A DNA stretch of 64,000 bases from Eledone cirrhosa (lineage: Eukaryota): NCBI GenBank assembly GCA_964016885.1, contig OZ024740.1:284890001-284954000 (forward strand). Direction: 5' to 3'. The notes under the pieces were generated by a model that had not been told where the DNA came from, made no database searches, and saw nothing but the letters and a program-made list of their open reading frames with translations. Within the stretch, counting starts at the first letter, position 1. Every line of letters begins with the position of its first letter. Positions 53,905 through 64,000 of this stretch are shown in pieces. Both the position numbers and the translations under genes were made by a program.

Positions 53905-56900
53905 TCATCATCATCATCGTTTAACGTCTATCTTCCACGCTAGCATGGGTTTAGACGGGAATTGTCCCACTTGAGGCAAGATTGGTCTGGCAGGTTTTGC
54001 CCTTCCTAACACCAACCACGTTTACAGTGTGAACTGGGAGGTTTTTACCGTGTTACCTACACGGCCACATTACTGCGTGGACTGTGTGTTTTTTGTTATG
54101 ACACATGACCTCATTTATTTAGGACTGGATGTTGTGGTACCAACATAACTTTACATCAAAAGGGGTGGTGTAGATGGGGGTGGGGGCAGGGGTAGTGGGA
54201 TGGGGGTGTATTTTCGTTAAGAGGTGCCTACTGACTGTAGGTTTCGCTTTGTACTTAGGCAAGTAGGGTCTTCTGTATTACTGCGTAGCGCCAAAGATCT
54301 CGGTCCAGTGACAATGTCTTGTTGAGGTGTAAGTGAGTAAGGTCGGAATTTATCAAGTCGTCCCAGGTTTTACTGGGTCTGCCTACTCCATAACTACCAT
54401 CTATTTTGATCGCCCTGCACTTTTTTATACAGCTGTTGTCTTTCATACGCATCACGTGACCATCCCAACGTAGTCTTCTCTCGAGTAAACAGCATCTGAT
54501 CCCTCTTATTCCTAATTTCTCACTTAGTTCATTTATGCTTTGCCATTCACGTATATTACTATTACACATCCAGCGGAGCATGCAAGCTTCGTTCCTCTCC
54601 AGTCTGTGTAGATCCTCTGCACACAATGCCCATGTCTCACTGCCATGTAACATTGCTGTTCGTATGCAGGCATCATACAACCTGCCTTTCATTTTTAGAG
54701 AGAAACCTTTAGCGGCTAATAGTGGTATAAGCTCTCTGAACTTTTTCCATCCCATTCTGACTCTAGCTACTGTACTTTCAGAGCACCCTCCACCACTGCT
54801 GATTTTGTCACCCAGGTAACGGAAGGTGTCCACTATTTCTATAGAACCATCTGGGCAATAGAAGGAGCTAGTATCCTGTGGGCACTTGCTACTACCTATT
54901 GCACCTGAGCACCGGCAACATATAAAATCTATGTTCTTAGTTAGCTTACCTGTGATCCCACTACATCTTTTATGCACCCATACTTTGCATTTGGGACATA
55001 AAATGGAGTTTCTACCTACTCCTTTCCTACACACTGAGCATGGCCATTTCCCAGAGGGGACCAGTGCCCTATTTTCCTTCCTACATACTAGAACTTTAGT
55101 CTTAGACAAGTTAATTTTAAGGCCTTTTGATTCTAGGCCATGCATCCATGTTAGGAATTTCTTCTCTAGTTCAGCCATTGATTCAGCTATGAGCGTTAGA
55201 TCATCTGCGTATAGAAGTTCCCATGGGCAGCCGGTCTTGAACTCCTCTGTTATAGCCTGAAGGGCAATAATAAATAGGAGGGGGCTAAGGACAGAGCCCT
55301 GATGAACAACTTTTATGCTAAACTCTTCACTATATTCGTTGTTAATTCTAACCTTGCTGAGTGTTTCTTTATACATGGCTTGTATAGCTCTCACAAGTCA
55401 TTCATCAACACCTAGTTTTCTGAGAGCCCACCAGATAATGGGGCGTGGGACTCTGTCAAAGGCTTTTTCCAAGTCAACAAAAGCTAAGTATAGGGGTTTA
55501 CTTTTAGCTAGGTACTTCTCCTGTAGTTGTCGTACAAGGAAAAGAGTGTCTGTGGTACTTTTCATCTAGCTCAATTCGCTCTCTGATTAGTTGCGCTATA
55601 ACTTTTTCTGTGACCTTCATAACCTGGTCAATTAATTTAATGCCTCTATAGTTTCCCCTATCTAGGGCATCTCCTTTACCCTTGTAGCAGTTAATGATGA
55701 TGCTGCTACGCCAGTCTTTTGGTATGACCACATTCTGTATGACTTGGTTTACTATCCGGGTGACCATAGTGTGTCCCACCGTTCCAGATGCTTTCAGCAT
55801 TTCAGCAACTATTTCCGAAGACCCAGCCGCCTTGCCCGTCTTCATATCTTTGATTGCCTTACTTATTATACTACCTTCAACTTGCACTGCTGGTCCCTCT
55901 ATTGGATCGATGTGGGGGAGACTGTCTTTCTCCCATTTACTCTCCTCATTTAGTAGCCTTTCGTAGTAACACTTCCAAGCTACCTTCTTATCAGCGTTAG
56001 TGATGGCAAGTACACCATCACCATTACGGACACACTTCTCCCCGACAATATCACGGTTTTCCTTGACACATTGCCTAGCAATCCTGAACACCTCACGTTT
56101 TTGGTCCTCACGTTGTAGAACATGCTTGAACTTTCTTTCCTCTGCTGCGAAGTACACTTGTCTCCTAGCTTCCCTCCTGGCCACTTGATAGTCTTCTCTA
56201 CTTCCCCCATCCCGCCATACTTTCCAAGCCTGCTTTTTGGCCTTAATTGACTCCTCCACCTTACTGTTCCACCACCAAGTTACTCTCCTCCTGCCTATAG
56301 GTCTGCTCCAGCCACAGATTTCACCTGTCGCCTTCAGCAGGTTAGCTTTCAGGAATTCCCACTGTTCCTCTATATTGTATGACTCTAATTGCTCTTCCTT
56401 ACTGTCAAAAGCATCAAGTAATATGCTTTTAAATTTATTACTGGCTGTGGGGTCCTTTAACTTCCATATTTTTCTCCTGAGGGTAGTCCTCCTCTGATGT
56501 CGAGTATGTCTCGTCCTAACTATGAGGCTATGTTGGGAGGTACATTCTTCATGGGGGAGGGATTTAGTGTTTACAACAGACACTCTGTCTCGTCTTCTGT
56601 TAAGGATATAATCTATCTGACTGGCGTGTTCCCCTGATCTATAGGTGATCAAGTGATTGTCTTGTTTTTTGAAGTTTGTGTTACAGATAGTTAGGTTATT
56701 TGCGTCACAGAATTCCAGGATTCTGGAGCCTTCCTCATTTCTAGTACCAAACCCATAGCCTCTATGGATTCCATCATAGCCGTCACAATGTTGTCCAACG
56801 TGACCATTTAGGTCACCAGCAATAATTATGTAGTCACTATCGGTTATTTGGGAGGTAGTGAGCATTAACGACTCATAGAATCTGTCTTTTATAATGCCAG

Positions 56901-57480
56901 GCAGTCCAGATTGGGGTGCATACACAGATATTATTGTCACAGTAGTTCTATTTAGGAAAAGTCTTATTTTAATTATTCTGTCGTTCACTCTATTTACATC
57001 TATTATCTTATCTACCCATTTTTCTGCTAGCATGATTCCTACTCCACCCAGCCCATTGTCATTTCCCACCCAGAAAAGCTTATAGCATCGTTTTTTACCC
57101 ACAATGAATCTAGCAGACCCACCCCTCCACCTGGTCTCTTGAATACAGCAAACATTAACTTCCTCACGTTCAAGCATCTCTACAACCTCATTAGAGCGAC
57201 CTTTTAAGGTGTCTACATTCACTACATTCATGGTACCAACTCTGAAGTTTTAGATTACGTTTGGTGGGTGGGAAGGATGGGGCGCAGGGAGGGGTGAGGG
57301 AGATGGAGTTATGTTAGCCATCCGCGGCCGATATAAAGAGGAGGAGTCCTTGCACTCTCGTCCGGCAGCATGAGGTGAATTTGTCTTTATCTTTGGCATT
57401 GTCATTGAGTGTCCAGATTTTTCAGACTCTCCAGAATTCCATAGTCCATCCATCATATCGAAAGGCAACCAGGTCTAAAC
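53905..57480 (-). mobile_element. Near-full-length RTE-clade LINE (APE endonuclease + RT + PHD-like finger), one frameshift near 55560
   Basis: ORF 55504-57231 has APE motifs (GTMNV, CIQETRW, YAPQ, GDLNGH, QIDYIL) and the start of RT. ORF 54255-55394 has HQGSVLSP, LLYADD and GSETW. The 3' UTR ends in (GAT)n. The 5' boundary is uncertain and may extend to ~58070. Confidence 0.93.
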
Positions 57481-58392
57481 TTAAGAAGTGATATCATAGG
57501 CTGCTGAATTATGATTGGTCCAAATAGTAATGGTGGCGTGTGGGGGTGGGGGAATCTGAGGTAGTTAGCGAGAAGGTTATTTTATAAAATAAAATCCTAA
57601 AATTTCGGCCATAATTAAACGAGCATATAACAGTAATAAGAGTAAGAGTTTAAATACAAGTAGAAGATCGTTTTCAGGGGGTCTGACAGAATTATAGGAT
57701 TTTAAAATACAAGAAGACTATTTTGAACAATCAGACAGAATTATCAAATAGCATTGAAAAATAAAAGATTGGATTCTGGACGATATAATACAGATAGATG
57801 AATGGACCGGGGAACATGGGTAGACGAGAAAAAAATAGGATTTGTACATTACATTTCACAGAAGTGCGATGTAGCCAAGAATAAGGGATCAGCAAATCGT
57901 AGCTCACAACAGGTTTATTTTATATTTGGAGAGAGACGGAGGGGTGAGAGAGAACCTGCAGGCGCATATACGATATATAGAGGGGGGGTGTGAAGAATAG
58001 GAGGGAGCAGTAAGGTTATTTTATAAAATCCTAGAATTTCGGCGAGAAAAAAATAGGATTTGTACATTACATTCATTATATCAACAAAGTCTTTCATAGT
58101 AGATATATTTCACGATCATAATATTCTACAGTTCTGAAAAGCTATCGATCCTATACAATTCATGTTTGCTTTACACTGGAGATATTGTTCATACATCCAC
58201 TCACACTCACAAAAGAAAGGCCATCTACTTAATATGCAAAATCTTCAATAAAAAATACTATCTGCTATGTGTACCACTACTACAACAATCCCTGATTCTC
58301 TGAATTGGCTGATTGTATATAATACTTTCACCTAAACCTACTTCTCTCACCTAACTCATCTCTTGATATTTTTAGTTCATATTGATTTCTAA

Positions 58393-58789
58393 TTAACCCT
58401 TTAGCATTCACATTATTTTATATATACTATTATACGATAGGGCGGTGGATTGGCAGTATCGGTAGAGGGTCAGACGCCATGCTTTACGATCTGAGTTCAA
58501 ATCCCACCGAGGTTGACTTTGCCTTTCATCCTTACGGGGTCGATAAAATAAAGTACCAGTAATGCACTGGGTAATTGCTGGCCTTGTGCCTAAAGTAGAA
58601 ACAATTATTTTATATATACTATTATATTTTCATGGTAAAAACTTTACCTCACATAATATCAAATCTATGAGATTTTAAAAGTATTTATTTTGAGAACAAT
58701 ACCTTAACATCAGTTTGAGCAACCAGTTACAGCCAGTTTCAACAGAAAGAGGTAGAGAATTTTGGCCGGTTTGAACATTAAAGGGTTAA
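58393..58789. mobile_element. piggyBac-type MITE family A with nested SINE
   Basis: TTAACCCTTTAGCATT ... AACATTAAAGGGTTAA. Confidence 0.86.
58439..58608 (+). mobile_element. SINE family 1 nested in MITE (older relatives at 58790-58991, 32080-32220, 11460-11540)
   Basis: A/B boxes. 23-bp TSD ATTATTTTATATATACTATTATA at 58412-58434 and 58604-58626. Confidence 0.9.
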
Positions 58790-60399
58790 GGCACAAGGCC
58801 TGCCAATTTTAGGGAAGAGCAATATTGATTAAATCAACCTCAGTACTTGACTAGTACTTTATTTTATCAACCCCAAGGATGAAAGGCAAAGTTGACCATA
58901 GAGGGATTTGAACTCAGAATGTAAAGAGCCAGAAAAAATACCATAATGGCATTTTATCTGAGACCCAACCAATTCTGCCAAACCACCACCCTTTTTCTAG
59001 TTTATATTAAGAATGAAGTAAACCTTCTTTCTAAATAAATACAGTTTTCCTACTCTCTTCATTCAAATAGTATACTCAATCAATATCAGAGTATACATTT
59101 AAGTAAGTGCTCTGATCATAAAAGTCCCAAGCTTTATACAACAATGTTTCTGGATTCTACTTTTGGGATAGTCTCCACTAACACCAAAATAAGTACTTCA
59201 GATCACTATCAAATCCTTACTGGTGGAATATATTGTAACTACTTTCATCATTTTATTTTACGTCTTATTCCATCACATTCTTTCATTTTATCAACTACAA
59301 TTTCTATGTATCTTTCTTTTATCAGTTACACCTACTCAGTTCCTCACTAAATGAGATTATATATCTATGCTTCCTCTTCATAATTAATCTCACCATCTCA
59401 CTTCCTGCATACAACACATGGCATTCCACCTAAGTTCTGTCATTGCACCCCATTCTCCTACCCCGTTCTTCATCATATCTACATTAATACTGCTTAATCT
59501 TCACATTAACAACACAACTGAAATTAAGAATGATGTAATTGCTTAATGGCGGATATCTACATTCAATACAACCATAACCACAAACAGTACCACAATGGTT
59601 TGAATATATATTTGATAGATGACCACATCAATACAGCACTAGGAAAAACTTTATGGCATTTGATTACACTGCTTTACATGTTAAGTTCAAATTTTGCCTT
59701 TAATCCTTCTGGGGTGGATTAAACAAATACAAATCAAGTATTGGAGTCTAACACAACATGGCCAACTGAAATCAGTAAAAGACTACAAAATATTGAGGCA
59801 TGCTTTGAAAAATTTTATTTTAATCTGATATGTATCTTAGTGCCATATATAAACAAAAAACCTATCCTATATATTTATTTGAAGATATAAAAAAAAATGT
59901 GGAAAGTATTTACAGCTATTTTCTCTTTCTCTTTGACTAGGATATAACAACAACAAAACACTTGGGCTGGATCAAATTTTCTAGACAAAAATATATAGCC
60001 TATAGCATAAACAATGAAGTCACCAAATTAATATTGATACAAGTCAACATTTCAAATCTCCCTAGAAGTATATTTATTACCAAAATCTAGGTTAGTCTAC
60101 CTCAATGAAAAATTGGATCCTAAGTGGTTGGTGTCGGAAAGGGCATCAAGTAATAAAAATTATGCCAAAAATGTAACATATGGGTGAGATGTGGTCCTCT
60201 CTAAATAATTAATCTAAATTGACTTATTTATTTGTATATAAGTTACATTTTTTTTATACACAACTTCAATAAATGGAAAAGGATAGAGCTAAATATTTTT
60301 ATTATTATCACAACTCGCCAGTATTATAAATACTGAACCATGCAAGCACAAATTGCATATGGACACAGCCATCTTGAATAAATTATTGCACTTTTCAAT

Positions 60400-61184
60400 A
60401 TATGAAAACTAAGCCAGGAAGAGTTATTCTGTCTGGTCTTTAAAGCTTGCGCAAACTGTCTATACACATACTAGAAGTCAGTGGCTAGAGTGATACAATT
60501 AATTAACTAGGAGACATTTAACCTAGAAGGAGCTGACCAAAGATTGCAACTTCAAGAAGACAAGTTTGTCTCTTGTAACAGCATGAGTGGAGAATGCATG
60601 GGATGATATTCCAACTGAGGTGACATGATGAATTTCCTGGTGATAGAAATATCAAACTGTATAGGACTGAAGATGACCATTTGTAGGCTGATGATCCATA
60701 CAACCAAAAACAGTAAGAAGTGCCAGCATCATGGGATGCAGGTGAAAACTTGATAAGGCTGCAATAGGAGTTTTATGGCACCAGTGATGATGAAGAACTT
60801 GATTTTTACATCAAATTTCAATGTTATTCCCTCTATACCATAAATAATCTTTTGTTGTTTACTAATAATTTTGTCATTTTGCTTAACCTAAAATGTGTTT
60901 TGATGATTTATTTTAATGTGTTTTGATGATTTATTTTAATTTGTTTTAATGATTTCTTTGATATTATACAGTCATATATTATGTATGCAGCAACTATTCC
61001 ATAATTAATTTCATAATTTTGTTAATGAATGGCAACCCATTTAACTATTTAACCCCACTAATAACACTAATAACATTATAAAATCTTTGTACTAACTTTT
61101 CCCTGCAAAATATGTGGTGTGACTTACGCATCAATGTGGTGTGACTTACGCATCAATGTGGTTTATACATGAGCAAATATGGTA
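60400..61184 (+). mobile_element. Probable pogo/Tc2-like relic (right end)
   Basis: Acidic GTSDDEEL C-terminal remnant and terminal ..GGTTTATACATGAGCAAATATGGTA resembling Tc2/pogo ends. Short tandem duplications at 60892-60960 and 61112-61161. Confidence 0.45.
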
Positions 61185-62384
61185 GGTAATTCAACTAAGA
61201 ATGAAAACTAGTTTGCAGACTTAGTTAACAAGAAACATTAAAATTCTACATTGCTAGTAACATTTAAAAAATTAGATGTTACAAAAATATGGACCCTTAA
61301 TAAACAGAGAAATCTGGTTAATTCTTTCATTACAATATTTCTAATGAGATATATAGCCTATGATTTTCAAATCACTTTTAGAAAAATCACAAATTGGGGT
61401 ATAAGTTAACAGAGGTTCTTATATAAAATTAGTATGGAATGTTTTTAGATAAATAATAAACACTTCAAAATTAACAGCTTTGTATCTAGGAACCAGGAAC
61501 AGTTTCGGACAATTTGGTATTAAAAGGGTTAATGTAGAATTTTTCTTTTGTATAATATTTTCTCTATAAATCTCTGGTTCAACTCATGACATCAATCTAA
61601 CAACTTGACATTGCAAGACACAATTAAAAAATAAACAATACATATTAAAGAGACCCAACTTTTAGAACTGACCTCACTTAAAACAGACTATGTTCTGCAT
61701 GCAATCTGACAGACAAGTCTTTACTTTGTGCTTCTTTTTGTAACAATATTATAGCTGTTTTGATAAAGAACCTTTCTTCCATATCCTGCCAGCTAGTGAC
61801 TTGTGCCTACAAATTGCAGATGAATCATTTGGAAGCTATACACTCTATAAGAAGTCTTAACCTATTTTAATAAGTAGCTGCCTCATGTAACAGGTTATCT
61901 ATAAATATATTACCTCCAGATTACATCACACAGTATTACTTATATACAGAATAGTCATAGATTACTACATCATCACTATAACATTTATGTTAGCTTTTTT
62001 TCTCCATGCTTGCATAGGTTGAATACAAAATGCCCTTCCTGATGCCAACCCATACCTTATTTTAAGTACAGTATATATACCACTGACATTCACCAAACTG
62101 CTATGATGCAGGTTATAAAGTGTATGAGTGACATAAACAAAGTATAGACTATATAAATGACTTATATAAAAGTGAGGCAACAACCATGCACACACACACA
62201 CACACACACACATTTAAGAGTATTTATATTAACAGTCAAACTTTTAATATAAATACTCTCAACTTCTACATAATGTGTTGATTGCTCTTTTCTTTCATTT
62301 GTACCCACCACTATGTATGCATATGTGTGTATGTGTGTGTCATCATCATCATCATCATTTAACATCTATCTTCCACGCTAGCAA

Positions 62385-62432
<48 letters not shown>

Positions 62433-62697
62433 CCGAAACAAATGAGGTCGTGTAGGTGTCATGACAAAAAAACACACAGTCCACACTGTAACGTGGCCGT
62501 GTAGGTAACACGGTAAAAACCTCCCAGTCCACACTGTAAATGTGGTTGGTGTTAGGAAGGGCATCCAGCCGTAGAAAACCCGCCAGACAGTCCTATACGA
62601 GCAGGACAACCAATCTTGCCTCAAGTGGGAAAACTCCCATCCAAACCTATGCAAGTGTGGAAGATGGACGTTAAACGATGATGATGACACACATACA

Positions 62698-63041
62698 CAG
62701 TGTATCCCCCGACGCTCGTCGATTTTTTCCTTAAAACCTAACAATTGTTTGTGGAAATCACCGCATATTTGCAGAATCATAAATATCTTCCGTGATTTTT
62801 TACAGGTTTTTTCATGGCAATATATATTTTTCTAACGCTAAATTATTAAAAACAACATATTGTATTTGCCGGCCTATTGGATGCCTCTTCGCATAGGACG
62901 CTCCCTTTTTTTAAAAATTATATTTTACATTATATTTTGAGATTTATAGGCATTTTTATGGACTATGTCTAATATTCACGGTTTTTCACTCTTCACAGGT
63001 GCTCTAGGAATGTGACCCCCGTGAATACCGGGGTACAGCTG
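62698..63041. mobile_element. Possible Tigger/pogo-type MITE
   Basis: Loose TIRs CAGTGTATCCCCCG.. and ..CCCCCGTGAATACCGGGTACAGCTG followed by TA. Confidence 0.4.
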
Positions 63042-63534
63042 TACATATGCATATATATCCTGTAAGGTGGTCATGCTGGTGACACAAGAAGCAGCCAGTG
63101 TACCATGTACGGTGATCGTGTTGGTGACACAGCAAAAAGCACCCAGTCCACCTTGTTAGATGGTCATTTTAGGGTCATGATAAAAAGCATCCAGTCCACA
63201 CTGTGGTAGGTGTAAGGAAGGGCATCCATCTGTAGAAACCAAGCCAAAATACAGATACATATGAGCAAGACATGGTCACCTGACCTGACTTGTCCCATAA
63301 TGTGATAACCTGTCTTATCCATACATTTGCCATTTTACCCATATGTTTACTTCTCTGTTCACATTATACCTAAATTGAATGCATGCATACATTCGGTCAC
63401 ACACACCTCCCCAATTTATACCAACTGATCTTGCTTATGTAACGGTATACCATAATATGCACCTGAACCGTAAAAATCAGGCAAAGTGCAGTGGTATCCA
63501 CCTATGCCCATAGGAGCCCCTATGAAAGTATACT

Positions 63535-63681
63535 TGTGTGTGTGTGTGTATTTATATTTGCCTGCATGTACGTACTCACGTATTCATGCAAGTATTTCCA
63601 TTTAGTCATGGTTGTATGCATCTATGTACCTGCCTAAATAATACAAATGGATATGTGTGCATGTGTATGTGTTTATATATA

Positions 63682-63731
<50 letters not shown>

Positions 63732-63880
63732 TGTAAATATATATAAATGTCTGTGTGTGTTTATGTGTGTATGCATATGCATGTATGCATCTGTAAGAGT
63801 GGCAGTATGTATATAGGTAATATAGGTATATGTATATATATTTGTGCGTGGGCATGTTTGGGTGTGTATATGTGCATGCA
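63535..63880. repeat. Low-complexity (TA)/(TG)/(CA) region
   Basis: Direct inspection. Confidence 0.9.
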
Positions 63881-64000
63881 AACATTGTCAAAAACTTGCA
63901 GCTTGTGTAAATCTTGCTGCGCTTATTGGCCACAGATCACAGCCAGAGAGGAGGATAGTGTGAACAAGTTCTTGATTGATGTGGATTGTTTAGACTGGAT

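Noticed and set aside
54535-57085. Plus-strand ORFs overlapping the RTE (also those over 39116-41007)
   Set aside because: Antisense frames of LINE coding sequence with no independent motifs.
57915-58097. ORF MKDFVDIMN.. as the missing LNPK N-terminus
   Set aside because: No suitable acceptor, no MG start or conserved residues, and it overlaps the repeated modules upstream of the RTE.

Overview
AT-rich, repeat-dense eukaryotic (animal) DNA. The SINE/RTE repertoire and microsatellite load suggest a coleoid cephalopod such as an octopus; this is an inference, not a database result. One host gene is reconstructed on the minus strand: Lunapark (LNPK, ER three-way-junction protein). Nine GT-AG coding exons between 52395 and 14625 join with consistent phases into 1125 nt (374 aa + stop). 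The short N-terminal exons were not found and probably lie beyond 64000. Nearly everything else is transposon-derived: a near-full-length RTE LINE (APE + RT + PHD-like finger) with many decayed relatives, Tx1/L1-clade, CRE-clade and CR1-like LINE pieces, several tRNA-derived SINE families, Tc1/mariner and pogo relics, two TTAA/piggyBac-type MITE families, non-autonomous Helitrons and Penelope-like hammerhead remnants. I see no evidence of a prokaryotic-type system (CRISPR, operons). The most interesting signals are: (1) an apparent ATTATTT target rule for a young SINE, readable from filled versus empty MITE copies; (2) a ~690-bp fold-back with SINEs at the mirror-identical site of both arms; (3) a PHD-type finger inside the RTE ORF; (4) minimal hammerhead motifs; (5) long intronic hairpins.
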